In this document: positions 18,639-27,451 of the stretch, piece by piece | Layout: each line of letters starts with the position of its first letter | How positions within the stretch are numbered: position 1 is the first letter of the stretch | DNA from: an uncultured Candidatus Saccharibacteria bacterium | GTDB lineage: Bacteria > Patescibacteriota > Minisyncoccia > Portnoybacterales > UBA2143 | DNA: 64,000 nt | Direction of reading: 5' to 3' | NCBI GenBank assembly: GCA_964596615.1 | Contig: CAZQUN010000001.1 | Coordinates: 1,750-65,749, forward strand | The notes under the pieces: model-generated | What the model was told of the DNA's origin: nothing | Seen by the model: only the letters and a program-made list of their open reading frames with translations | Database searches by the model: none | Made by a program: the position numbers and the translations under genes

Positions 18639-18757
18639 AATTCTCTTTCCTTTTCTGTTTTTGGGTTAAAATAAAATTGTTAAGGATGCCTTATACTAAC
18701 ACAATAAATAAAATAAGTCAAGGTTGACGGCGCTCGTCTATATTGTATTCTTAAAGT

Positions 18758-19741
18758 ATGACTAATAAGACCCGTCGGATTATTCTCTATCTGGCATTTA
18801 TCTTTTTTGTTCTGGTTGTTCCGCCAGTGCTTTTTTATGCCTGGGGATATAGCTTTGATTGGGAAAGTAAAAAGCCGGTTCTAACCGGCGGTCTTTACCT
18901 TAGATCAATTCCTAAAGATGCCCAGATTTTTCTTAATGACAAATCCAGAAAAGAAACTCCAACCTTTATTAAACGCCTTTCGCCCAAAGATTACCAAATC
19001 AGAATTGAAAAAGAAGGATTCCATTCCTGGCAAAAAAAATTAAAGATTGAATCAAAATTAGTTACCGAGGCAAAAAACATTCTTTTGATTCCAAATGAGA
19101 TTAAAATAGAGGAAATTGACCAGAAATTTCCAAATGTTTTTTCTCTGGATAATTATCTTAATCCTGAAGGACTTGATGAAGCCTTTTTTATCCAAAAACA
19201 AACTCAGATTCTTTACCAAACTGATTTAGACGGAACAACAGAACAAATTAGTTTAACTCCCCTGCCAAAAGGAAATTACCAGGTTTTTGTTTCGAATAAC
19301 AAAAGAGTGGCTGTATTGAATAATGCCAAAGAACTTTATTTATACAATCCAGAAACCAGAGCTTTTGAACTAATCAGCCGAGATGTTTCAGGATTAAAAT
19401 TTTCCAGCGATAATCAAAAACTTCTCTTTTATACCCCGAGTGAAATCTGGGTCTATTATCTAGAAGACATTTTTGAACAGCCTAATAAAAAAGCGGATGA
19501 AAAAGAATTAATCACCCGACTGAGCCAGAAAATATCAGAGGTTATTTGGTATAAAAACGACCACATTATTTTCTCAACTGGCCAGGATATTAAAATTACT
19601 GAACTGGACGGCCGTGACCAAAGAAATACCTTTGATTTAATCAAACTGAATTTTGAACAGATTGGGTATAATCCGGAAGATAAAGGTATCTATTTTTTCA
19701 AACAAGGCAAGTTGTCTAGATTTTTATTAGAAGAAGAATAA
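18758..19741 (+). CDS. Membrane-anchored PEGA-domain protein with a C-terminal beta-rich domain
   Basis: N-terminal TM (IILYLAFIFFVLVVPPVLF), then a PEGA-like motif (LSPKDYQIRIEKEGFHSWQKKLKIE). Confidence 0.5.
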   Translation: MTNKTRRIILYLAFIFFVLVVPPVLFYAWGYSFDWESKKPVLTGGLYLRSIPKDAQIFLNDKSRKETPTFIKRLSPKDYQIRIEKEGFHSWQKKLKIESKLVTEAKNILLIPNEIKIEEIDQKFPNVFSLDNYLNPEGLDEAFFIQKQTQILYQTDLDGTTEQISLTPLPKGNYQVFVSNNKRVAVLNNAKELYLYNPETRAFELISRDVSGLKFSSDNQKLLFYTPSEIWVYYLEDIFEQPNKKADEKELITRLSQKISEVIWYKNDHIIFSTGQDIKITELDGRDQRNTFDLIKLNFEQIGYNPEDKGIYFFKQGKLSRFLLEEE

Positions 19742-19746
19742 AAAAA

Positions 19747-19766
19747 GGCAGGATCTTGTCCTGCCC
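19747..19766 (-). terminator. Hairpin flanked by an A-run and a T-run (minus-strand terminator, possibly bidirectional)
   Basis: AAAAAAGGCAGGAtcttgTCCTGCC; the T-run reads on the minus strand. Confidence 0.4.
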
Positions 19767-19793
19767 GATACTAGAGAGAACAGTATTATTCTC

Positions 19794-20114
19794 TTAAAAG
19801 AACGGTAATAGAGAATCTGCTCTGCGTAGATTCTCTTCAGCTAGTTCTATTTTTTCTATTAATTTCCGTTCCTCTCTCTGGTAATGTTCTTGAGGTGTAA
19901 GTTTTCTAAGTCCTTGTAATTCTATTTCCATTTTCGCTAATATAGATCTGTTCTTCCATTTCGCAAGAAGTAGAGCTCCTGTGAATATAACGGAAAGGAC
20001 TAGAATAATAACCAGAAGAAATTTCAAAAAAATCTTACTAGAAGACATTATCCTCTTTCCTATAATATGATAAGAAGTTTCCAAAACACACCCCCTCAAA
20101 AAGTTATTAAACAA
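19794..20114 (-). CDS. Small bitopic membrane protein with a coiled-coil tail
   Basis: TM helix (IFLKFLLVIILVLSVIFTGALLL), then a charged helical region. The start is probably at an internal Met (MSSSKIF). Confidence 0.4.
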   Translation of the reverse strand: MFNNFLRGCVLETSYHIIGKRIMSSSKIFLKFLLVIILVLSVIFTGALLLAKWKNRSILAKMEIELQGLRKLTPQEHYQREERKLIEKIELAEENLRRADSLLPFF

Positions 20115-20126
20115 CTTATATAATCC

Positions 20127-20645
20127 TTACCTTTTTCTCCACTGGGGAGCTCGCCTGGCTTTTTTCAAGCCCGGCTTTTTTCTTTCTTTTTCCCTTGGAT
20201 CACGAGTCAGAAAACCTCCTCTTTTTAGTTTTTTTGAAAAATCAGGGTTAAATTTGACTAAAGTTCTGGCCAGGCCATGGGAAATGGCCTCAGCCTGTCC
20301 TTTAATTCCGCCACCCTTAACTTTAGCCGTAACTTCAAACCTATTCAAAGACTTCATCTTTATTAAAGGATTAATAGCAGTTTGCTGAAGTTCAAAGGTT
20401 GGAAAGAATTCAGTATAGGCTTTATCATTAACCTTGACCTTTCCTTTTTTATCTTCAAAAGGCTGACAGGTAAAAAGTCGGACCCGGGCAACTGCCCTTT
20501 TCCGACGACCAACCGCTTCATAATATTTTTTCGTTACTTTCTCTGTTTTTTTCGGAGCTTTCTTCTTGGTTGCTTTCTTGACCGGAGTTTTTTTAACCTT
20601 TTTAACCGAAGCGGTTTTTTTAGTTGTTTTTTTCTTTTCCGGCAT
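20127..20645 (-). CDS. rpsI: 30S ribosomal protein S9 with a Lys-rich N-terminal extension
   Basis: S9 core (GGGIKGQAEAISHGLARTL...RRAPQWRKR), preceded by ~40 aa of K/T/A-rich sequence. Confidence 0.9.
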   Translation of the reverse strand: MPEKKKTTKKTASVKKVKKTPVKKATKKKAPKKTEKVTKKYYEAVGRRKRAVARVRLFTCQPFEDKKGKVKVNDKAYTEFFPTFELQQTAINPLIKMKSLNRFEVTAKVKGGGIKGQAEAISHGLARTLVKFNPDFSKKLKRGGFLTRDPREKERKKPGLKKARRAPQWRKR

Positions 20646-20999
20646 TTATTTCATTTCTCCTTTATGAAGTTCTAATTTTGTAATTATCCTATTCCTCAAC
20701 TTATTCTTCGGCAACATGCCATAGACCGCTTTCCTTAAAACTTCCCGGGAATCTTTTTTCATGGCTTCCTCTAATCTGGTTTCCTTTATTCCGCCCGGAT
20801 AGCCGGAATGATGGTAATAGATTTTATCTTTCATTTTCTGGCCGGTCACTCTGATTTTATCAGTGTTTTTGACAATAACTTGGTCGCCTTTGTCTAAATA
20901 AGGAACAAAGTCCGGTTTTCCTTTGCCGCGCAATAAGTTAGCGATTTCAACCGCTAATCTTCCCAGTATTTTATCTGTCGCGTCAATAGTGTGTTTCAT
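20646..20999 (-). CDS. rplM: 50S ribosomal protein L13
   Basis: 117 aa; L13-like sequence (DATDKILGRLA..., YHHSGYPGG). Confidence 0.9.
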   Translation of the reverse strand: MKHTIDATDKILGRLAVEIANLLRGKGKPDFVPYLDKGDQVIVKNTDKIRVTGQKMKDKIYYHHSGYPGGIKETRLEEAMKKDSREVLRKAVYGMLPKNKLRNRIITKLELHKGEMK

Positions 21000-21350
21000 T
21001 TATTTAACTAACTCAATTATTGCCATTTCCGCTCCATCTTTTTTCCTTGGAATGGTTTTAATAATTCTGGTATAACCCCCTTTTCTTTCTTGGTAGCGGG
21101 GACCAATTTCTATCCTGATTTTCTTTCTGGCTTTTTCCGACAGGTATCTGGCCAGGTATCTGGTTGAAGCCAATTTATTCTCTCTGCTCTTGGTAATTAA
21201 TTTCTCGACAAAAGGACGGAGTTCTTTGGCTTTAGCCTGAGTGGTAGTAATTCTTTCTTTCAAAATTAAACTGGCAGCTAAACTTTTTAAAAGCGCTTTG
21301 CGTTCATCTTTTTTTCTGCCAAGTTTTCTGCCCTTTTTTAAATGTTTCAT
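21000..21350 (-). CDS. rplQ: 50S ribosomal protein L17
   Basis: 116 aa; L17 signature (HLKKGRKLGR...GGYTRIIK). Confidence 0.9.
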   Translation of the reverse strand: MKHLKKGRKLGRKKDERKALLKSLAASLILKERITTTQAKAKELRPFVEKLITKSRENKLASTRYLARYLSEKARKKIRIEIGPRYQERKGGYTRIIKTIPRKKDGAEMAIIELVK

Positions 21351-22312
21351 TACTTTGATTTCAGGGTCAATCCTAATTTACCTAAAGCCCTCTTTATTTC
21401 AACAATTCCTTTGCTACCAAGCCCTTCAATTTTTTCTAAATCAGATTCGCTTTTTCTGATTAGTCCGGCAACGGTTTTAAGCCCAACAGAATCCAGAACA
21501 CTAATATTCCGGGTAGAAATCTTTAACTCGGATGTCTTTTTCTTAGTGACATCTTCTTTAACTTCTCTAACCTTTTCTTCTTTTTTCTCTTTCTTTTTCT
21601 TCTTCTTGATTGGTTTTTTCTTTTTATCTTTCTCCCCTACCAATGAAAAAACCTGGAAGTGGTCAACTAAAATCTGGCTGGCTTTAAGAAAGGCCTCTTC
21701 AGGAGTAATTGAACCATCAGTTTCAATATTAATTTTCAAACGGCCATAATCAGTCCTTTCTCCAACCCGCATATTCTCAGTCGAATGAGTTACTTTTTTA
21801 ACCGGGCTAAAAATGGCATCAACCGCGATTTTACCAATCTCAAGTTTCCTCTTTTTTCTTTCTTCAAAGGGAGAATAACCTAATCCCGGCTCAATTTCAA
21901 TCTCCATATCCAAATCTGACTTTTTGTCAGTCAGAGTGGCGATATAGGCATCTTTGCTAACAATCTCTACTTCCGGTCCAATTTTAATATCGCCGGCCTT
22001 AACTTCCTTTTGGCCCTTAATTTTCAAAGTTGCTTTGACTGGTTGGTCGGTGTGAAGTTTAAATCTGACCTGTTTGAGGTTAAGAATAATCTGGACAACA
22101 TCTTCCTTAATATTAGGGATAGCAGAGAATTCATGCTGAACTCCTTTAATTTTAATGCCGGTGATAGCCGCTCCCGGCAAAGAAGAAAGAAGAACCCGGC
22201 GAAAAGCATTTCCCAAAGTGGTTCCATAACCCGGATAACAGGCTTCAATTTCGAAAACTGCCCGGTTTTCCTCTTTTTCAACTATTTTTGGCTTTTTTGG
22301 TAAAGTGATCAT
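21350..22312 (-). CDS. rpoA: DNA-directed RNA polymerase alpha subunit with a Lys-rich linker
   Basis: Alpha-NTD (EIEACYPGYGTTLGNAFRRVLLSSLPGAAI) and alpha-CTD (NISVLDSVGLKTVAGLIRKSESDL), joined by KDKKKKPIKKKKKKEKKEEK. Confidence 0.9.
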   Translation of the reverse strand: MITLPKKPKIVEKEENRAVFEIEACYPGYGTTLGNAFRRVLLSSLPGAAITGIKIKGVQHEFSAIPNIKEDVVQIILNLKQVRFKLHTDQPVKATLKIKGQKEVKAGDIKIGPEVEIVSKDAYIATLTDKKSDLDMEIEIEPGLGYSPFEERKKRKLEIGKIAVDAIFSPVKKVTHSTENMRVGERTDYGRLKINIETDGSITPEEAFLKASQILVDHFQVFSLVGEKDKKKKPIKKKKKKEKKEEKVREVKEDVTKKKTSELKISTRNISVLDSVGLKTVAGLIRKSESDLEKIEGLGSKGIVEIKRALGKLGLTLKSK

Positions 22313-22336
22313 AATAAATATTTTTAATTTAATTTT

Positions 22337-22960
22337 TTAACGACTATAGTACTCAATAATCATATTAATTTGACCAATTCTATCCAAATTCTCCAACTTG
22401 GGCTCATCTTTTACTCTGGCCTCAAATTTTTCTTTCTCTGATACCAGCCAGGTTGGAACCTGGTGTTTTTTCAAAGTCATTTTTAAATCCTTGAAAAGAT
22501 TTGATTTCTGGCTTTTTTCTTTTAGGGTAATCAGATCATCTTTTCTGACATGGTAGGAGGGAATATCAAGTTTTCTGCCGTTGATCAGGACATGTCCGTG
22601 ATTGACCAGCTGCCTGGACAAATTTCTTGATTTGGCCCAACCCAGACGGAAAACAACATTATCAAGACGCTTCTCCAGTTTCTGGGCTAAAAGCTCTTCC
22701 TTATTCCCCTTTTGGTTGGCAATTTCCTTAAAATATTTTTTAAACTGTTCTTCAGAAATGCCATAGGCATATCTAACTTTTTGCTTTTCTGCTAATTGCT
22801 GGCCATATTCAGAAAGACGGGACCTTCTTGATTTCCCATGAACTCCAGGAGGATAAGGTCTCCTGACCATAGCGCATTTCTGACTAAAACATTTATCTCC
22901 TTTTAAAAAGAGTTTTTCTCCTGCTCTTCTGCATTTTTTACATTTTGAATTAATTATCAT
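22337..22960 (-). CDS. rpsD: 30S ribosomal protein S4
   Basis: N-terminal Zn ribbon (CKKCRR...CFSQKC) and an S4 domain. The start is set at Met13, directly after the rpsK stop. Confidence 0.9.
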   Translation of the reverse strand: MIINSKCKKCRRAGEKLFLKGDKCFSQKCAMVRRPYPPGVHGKSRRSRLSEYGQQLAEKQKVRYAYGISEEQFKKYFKEIANQKGNKEELLAQKLEKRLDNVVFRLGWAKSRNLSRQLVNHGHVLINGRKLDIPSYHVRKDDLITLKEKSQKSNLFKDLKMTLKKHQVPTWLVSEKEKFEARVKDEPKLENLDRIGQINMIIEYYSR

Positions 22961-22961
22961 A

Positions 22962-23426
22962 CTAGACTCTCCTTGGTTTTTTTGGCCGACAGCCATTATG
23001 CGGAATAGGGGTCATATCTTTAATTGAACTAATTTCAAGCCCGTAATTAACCAGGGCTCTAATAGCCGCATCCCGACCGCTGCCAACTCCCCTGACGAAA
23101 ATAGAGACTTCTCTTAAATCCAGCCCCCTGGCCTTTTCAATTAAAGTTTCAACCACTTTTGAAGCGGCAAAGGGCGTTGCTTTTTTCGGACCCTTAAAGC
23201 CAACCGAGCCGGCGCTTGACCAGGCAACAATATTGCCCTCCAAATCAGTTAAAGTAATCATGGTATTATTGTAGGTTGACTGGATATAGACATTGGCACG
23301 ATTAAGACGACCGAGTTTCTTTTTCTTGCCTTTTTTAGGAGTAGCTTTAACTTCTTTTTTCTCAGCCCCCTCTGTCTCTTTTAAGAGTTCTTCTTCAGTT
23401 TTTTTAATAATTCGTTTCTTGCCCAT
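22962..23426 (-). CDS. rpsK: 30S ribosomal protein S11 with a Lys-rich N-terminal extension
   Basis: S11 core (ANVYIQSTYNNTMITLTD...GSGRDAAIRAL), preceded by ~35 aa of K/E-rich sequence. Confidence 0.9.
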   Translation of the reverse strand: MGKKRIIKKTEEELLKETEGAEKKEVKATPKKGKKKKLGRLNRANVYIQSTYNNTMITLTDLEGNIVAWSSAGSVGFKGPKKATPFAASKVVETLIEKARGLDLREVSIFVRGVGSGRDAAIRALVNYGLEISSIKDMTPIPHNGCRPKKPRRV

Positions 23427-23428
23427 GA

Positions 23429-23818
23429 TTATGTCTTTTCAGCGGCTTTCTTTCTTCCGCTGCCCATTGTTTTTCGAACATTACCCCTGACTGTCCGGGT
23501 ATTGGTTTTGGTCTGTTGGCCTCTGACCGGCAGGCCTTTGCTGTGACGGCTTCCCCGGTAAGAACCGGTATCTTTTAGGCGTTTGATGTTAAGCATTTTT
23601 TCCCGTCTTAACTCACCTTCAACCCGGTGCTCCTTTTCAACTATCTCTCTTAAACGATTGGCTTCCTGACTGGATAATTGCTTCGACCGGGTATCAGGAT
23701 TTATCTTGGCTTCAGCCAGAATCTTGTTACTTAAAGAACGACCTATGCCGTAGATATAGGTCAGAGCAATTTCTATTCTTTTGTTCTCCGGAATATTTAC
23801 TCCGGCAATTCTTATCAT
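23429..23818 (-). CDS. rpsM: 30S ribosomal protein S13
   Basis: Start set at [10 protein letters not shown], the canonical S13 N-terminus; ORF-track residues upstream of it are probably not translated. Confidence 0.85.
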   Translation of the reverse strand: MIRIAGVNIPENKRIEIALTYIYGIGRSLSNKILAEAKINPDTRSKQLSSQEANRLREIVEKEHRVEGELRREKMLNIKRLKDTGSYRGSRHSKGLPVRGQQTKTNTRTVRGNVRKTMGSGRKKAAEKT

Positions 23819-23831
23819 AGTATTAAAAAAA

Positions 23832-23945
23832 TTAGCCCTGTCTTTGCTTGTGCTTGGGGTTTTTACAAATAACATAAACCCGACCTTTACGTCGGACAAT
23901 TTTACACTGGACACACATTTTTTTAACCGAGGCTCTTACTTTCAT
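23832..23945 (-). CDS. rpmJ: 50S ribosomal protein L36
   Basis: [37 protein letters not shown], the Zn-ribbon L36. Confidence 0.85.
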   Translation of the reverse strand: MKVRASVKKMCVQCKIVRRKGRVYVICKNPKHKQRQG

Positions 23946-23946
23946 A

Positions 23947-24171
23947 TTATTTCTCCCGATAAACAATTCTTCCTCTTGTTTCATCATAGGGGCTGACTTC
24001 AATTCTAACCCTATCACCAACAAGGACCCGAATACGATTAAGCCGCATCCGGCCGGAAAGAGTAACTAAAACCTCTTTGTCGCTTTCGTTTAGCTTAACC
24101 CGAAAAGTGGTTCCAGGCAGGGCTTCAATAACAATTCCTTCTTTTGTGTTTATTTCCTTATCTTGTCGCAC
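23947..24171 (-). CDS. infA: Translation initiation factor IF-1 (GTG start)
   Basis: S1-like OB fold ([33 protein letters not shown]). The start codon is GTG. Confidence 0.85.
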   Translation of the reverse strand: MRQDKEINTKEGIVIEALPGTTFRVKLNESDKEVLVTLSGRMRLNRIRVLVGDRVRIEVSPYDETRGRIVYREK

Positions 24172-24176
24172 TTTTG

Positions 24177-24206
24177 TATATTAGACAATATTTTGAAAAT
24201 AGTCAA
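24177..24206 (-). promoter_or_regulatory. Candidate promoter for the infA-led ribosomal operon (TTGACT-18-TAATAT), ~7 nt from the GTG start
   Basis: Minus-strand TTGACT (24201-24206) and TAATAT (24177-24182). There is no SD between the -10 and the GTG, so the mRNA may be leaderless. Confidence 0.35.
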
Positions 24207-24266
24207 CACAAGACCTCCCACCATTAAGGAGGACTCATATGATAAAAAAACCTGTTTTAATTAAAA

Positions 24267-26150
24267 TTATTCAACTGTAATTTTAATCTTCTTCTCTTGT
24301 TTTGGTATCCTATTAGCCCAAAACGGCCAAAAAGTGACCTTGGCCTTTTCAATCTCCGGCTGGCTGGTCAGATATTTCCTAACTTCAACTTCTTCTTTTC
24401 CGACTAAATTACTTTTAAGTTTATCCGTATCAATCTTAAAAGCCAAATCTTCCTCTATCTCAAGAGAAAAACTTACTTCGCCTTTTTCCCAGTCAATAAT
24501 TGGTTCCTGCCATTTAATCTTTTGGGTATCAGACAAAGGCCTTTTTTCTTCAGTAATCTGGGCAATTAAATTAAGGTCTATCAAATCTTTCAAATCCTCT
24601 TCCCTGTAAAGCAGAGCCCGGATAACCATATCAATTCCTAAATTAAATTTATCGGCCTGGTCATCTTCTTTGGCGGTAGAAGTAATATCGGCAATCTCTT
24701 CTTTTAGTCCGCCTTCCAATATCTTCAAATCACTTGGAATCTGTTCTTCCAGGGCCTGGCTAACTTCGCCCTTTAACTGTTCGATTAAAATCTTTTCAGC
24801 CTGTTCCAAATCTTCAGCTAGAACAACCTTAACCTTTTCAATTGAACCGCCGGACATTGATTCTTTCGATTTGCCGTAGAAACTGGCGAATTTGGGACCG
24901 CCTTTAAATCCAGGGATGGTGAAATCAGCCGGACCAATATTGTAATCATCTCCTGGCTGGTCAGCGATAACTTCAACATCAATACTGCTGGCAATTATTC
25001 TTCCTTCTTCAATTTTTGCTCCTGGAACGGTAATGGTTTTAGGTATTCTGAAAATCTTGCCATCAGGTGATTCAAAACGGGTGGTTGCGACTAAGGTCTG
25101 ATCACTCGAGCTGTACTCATTATAGACCGTGATGGTTCCTTTTGCTTTTTCATCTAATTGTTTTTCTCCTGTTGCCAGGAATTCTTGACTATTTGATTTG
25201 ACTACCTTGACCTCTTGAAGAGGAAGACGATTCAGAATTTCATCAATCCTTGAAATACTGACTGTTCCGATTAAAGATAAGTCAAAACTCTTTTTTTCAA
25301 CCTTAGGGGTAATGGTAATTTCAGTGCTGGGCAGGACCAGGTAAGTAACCGTTCCTGAAATAACAACGGCCAGGATAATGAAAAGAATAAAAATCTTTGA
25401 CCATTTTAATCTTCTTCCTTCGTGTTCAACTCTGACTGGTTCCATTCTTGGGGGAATAATATCTTCCTGCCTTGGCTGAGGTTCAATTCTTTCTTGGGGA
25501 ATCTTCTTCTTGGAAAGAAACTTTTCGCCTAAAATTCGGCGTCTGAAGAAATTAACTTTAACATCTTCCGGGTCAACAATATCCATTGATTTTTTCTTTG
25601 GCTTTTTCAGAGAAAAAACATCAATACTTTTGTTTTTCAGAGGAACAAATCTGTCTAAGCCAGAAGGAGATTTCTTCTGAACTAATTGAGTAACAACTTC
25701 ATCTTCTTCTTTATTCAACGAAGAATTAATCTTGTCTTTTTCCTTATCTGATTCCATTTCTTCAACCAAAAGACCAATCATATTTTCCTTATTCTTGCCT
25801 AGTCTTTCCTTTGGCGAAGTCAATGTTTTTACTTTTATTGCCTTGGGTTCTCTTTTTTTCTCTGTTGGTTTGGCCTGAGCCAGTTCAATTGGAAAATCAT
25901 TTTCTCTCCTAACCTTAAAACCAACATTCTCAGCCGCTTCTTTTTCCAAACTATCCGTAACAATCAAAGTTACGTCCTTGCCTAAAATATCTGCTTCTCG
26001 CTTGAGCAATTTCAAATTAATCGAACTCTGCCAGACCTGGGCCCCCCGGGGAATAACTAAACCAATCTCCTTTCCCTTATCCTGAGCGAGTCGGTCGATA
26101 ATGGAGACGATTTCCTCATTTGGTTCAATAAAAATGTTTTTTTGTTCCAT
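24267..26150 (-). CDS. Hypothetical bitopic membrane protein (627 aa) downstream of ftsA
   Basis: ~240-aa cytoplasmic N-region, a single TM (IFILFIILAVVISGTVTYLVL), and a ~360-aa extracytoplasmic C-region. No FtsZ motif (GGGTGTG absent). Confidence 0.5.
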   Translation of the reverse strand: MEQKNIFIEPNEEIVSIIDRLAQDKGKEIGLVIPRGAQVWQSSINLKLLKREADILGKDVTLIVTDSLEKEAAENVGFKVRRENDFPIELAQAKPTEKKREPKAIKVKTLTSPKERLGKNKENMIGLLVEEMESDKEKDKINSSLNKEEDEVVTQLVQKKSPSGLDRFVPLKNKSIDVFSLKKPKKKSMDIVDPEDVKVNFFRRRILGEKFLSKKKIPQERIEPQPRQEDIIPPRMEPVRVEHEGRRLKWSKIFILFIILAVVISGTVTYLVLPSTEITITPKVEKKSFDLSLIGTVSISRIDEILNRLPLQEVKVVKSNSQEFLATGEKQLDEKAKGTITVYNEYSSSDQTLVATTRFESPDGKIFRIPKTITVPGAKIEEGRIIASSIDVEVIADQPGDDYNIGPADFTIPGFKGGPKFASFYGKSKESMSGGSIEKVKVVLAEDLEQAEKILIEQLKGEVSQALEEQIPSDLKILEGGLKEEIADITSTAKEDDQADKFNLGIDMVIRALLYREEDLKDLIDLNLIAQITEEKRPLSDTQKIKWQEPIIDWEKGEVSFSLEIEEDLAFKIDTDKLKSNLVGKEEVEVRKYLTSQPEIEKAKVTFWPFWANRIPKQEKKIKITVE

Positions 26151-26152
26151 AA

Positions 26153-27424
26153 CTACTTATGCATTATTCTGACCATTCGCCGTAGAATCGGCGGCAGGAC
26201 CTTATCTTCTTCTGTAGCAATTTCTAAGGTTAAACTTGCCAAAGCCAGAGGAGTAACATCCTCTGGTCCATTCAAACTATTAGTTCGGTCAATAATATTC
26301 TCGATATGCCCCGGTTGGATAAAGCCAACCTGAGGGGACTGGGAAAAAGGAAACTTCTCCCACCATTGCCGAAGAACAGCTTCTTTTTTTAAAATATTCT
26401 TGACTCCGGGCAACAAACTTCCTCCCCCGCATAAAAGAATTGAAGAAGGAAAATATTCAGCCTGCTTAAAATCCTCTAAGATTAATTCTATTCCGTCAAA
26501 CCAGATTTCCATATCTCTTTTTAAAATTTCATTGATTTTTCTTCTGACACTCTGACTTAACTGGCGATAACCATAGCGAACCTTTATTTCCTCGGCCTCA
26601 TTCATGCCTAAACCAAGATTCTGACAAAGCCGTTTGGTAAATGTTTGTCCGGCTAAAGCAAAGCTCTTTATTCCATCAACCCTGTTCTGACGAACCAGGG
26701 CAACATCAGTTGTTCCTCCGCCAATATCAATGAAAATGGCGCCGGCGGTTGGATTAAATCCAGAACTCTTAGTTAAGGCATAAGGGTCAGCAACAACCGA
26801 GAGCAGATCCAAATTTAGTTTTGAGGCAATACTTTCCAATGCCTTCAAATGAACCAAAGGCGCGTAAACGCTAAAGGTATTTAAAAATATTTCTCCTCCT
26901 TCAAAACCCAGAGGATTAGTTACCGGATAGCCGTCAATCCTGATATCAGTTACCAAAGCATTAACCAATCTAATCTCAATTTCTGACTGACAGGTTTCGC
27001 AGGCCAAAACTTTCCGGGCTTTATCATAGGCCTTCCATTGGGCTTTTTGGATAATATTCTGGAGCTCAGATAAATCAATCTTTTTTTCCGGCTCTTCTCT
27101 TTGAGAGGAAAAGGTTGTTGTTGAGCCTTTAACGAATTCACCTGCTACTCCAATGACTGCCCGAGATGGCCTGATTCTGGCCATTTTCCCGGCTTCGTCA
27201 ATTGCCTTCTGGCAGGTCAAAGATACTCCGTCAATATTAGCAACTGCTCCAGCCAGCATATCGCCTGGCTGTTGCCTTGTCCGGGAAAATCCAACAACAA
27301 CACCTTTTTTCTTTTTCTCGTCGCCTAAAATATCTTCTTCTATTTTAAAAATTAAAACCTTAACAAACTCTGTTCCGATATCCAAAGCCAAGAGATAATC
27401 CTTTTTTGATTTTAATCTCCCCAT
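26153..27424 (-). CDS. ftsA: Cell-division actin-like ATPase FtsA
   Basis: LALDIGTEFVKV and IDIGGGTTDVALV phosphate motifs; strong collinearity with the FtsA 1C/2 subdomains. Confidence 0.75.
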   Translation of the reverse strand: MGRLKSKKDYLLALDIGTEFVKVLIFKIEEDILGDEKKKKGVVVGFSRTRQQPGDMLAGAVANIDGVSLTCQKAIDEAGKMARIRPSRAVIGVAGEFVKGSTTTFSSQREEPEKKIDLSELQNIIQKAQWKAYDKARKVLACETCQSEIEIRLVNALVTDIRIDGYPVTNPLGFEGGEIFLNTFSVYAPLVHLKALESIASKLNLDLLSVVADPYALTKSSGFNPTAGAIFIDIGGGTTDVALVRQNRVDGIKSFALAGQTFTKRLCQNLGLGMNEAEEIKVRYGYRQLSQSVRRKINEILKRDMEIWFDGIELILEDFKQAEYFPSSILLCGGGSLLPGVKNILKKEAVLRQWWEKFPFSQSPQVGFIQPGHIENIIDRTNSLNGPEDVTPLALASLTLEIATEEDKVLPPILRRMVRIMHK

Positions 27425-27451
27425 TTATATATTTTACAATAAAACCTAGAT

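Noticed and set aside
20382-20675. Plus-strand 97-aa ORF (also 21241-21749, 22010-22303 and 23293-23490)
   Set aside because: Antisense shadows of ribosomal-protein and rpoA genes, produced by their Lys-rich, A-rich coding sequence.
24267-26150. Tested the gene downstream of ftsA as ftsZ
   Set aside because: No tubulin GGGTGTG motif is present and a mid-protein TM helix is; it was called a hypothetical bitopic membrane protein instead.
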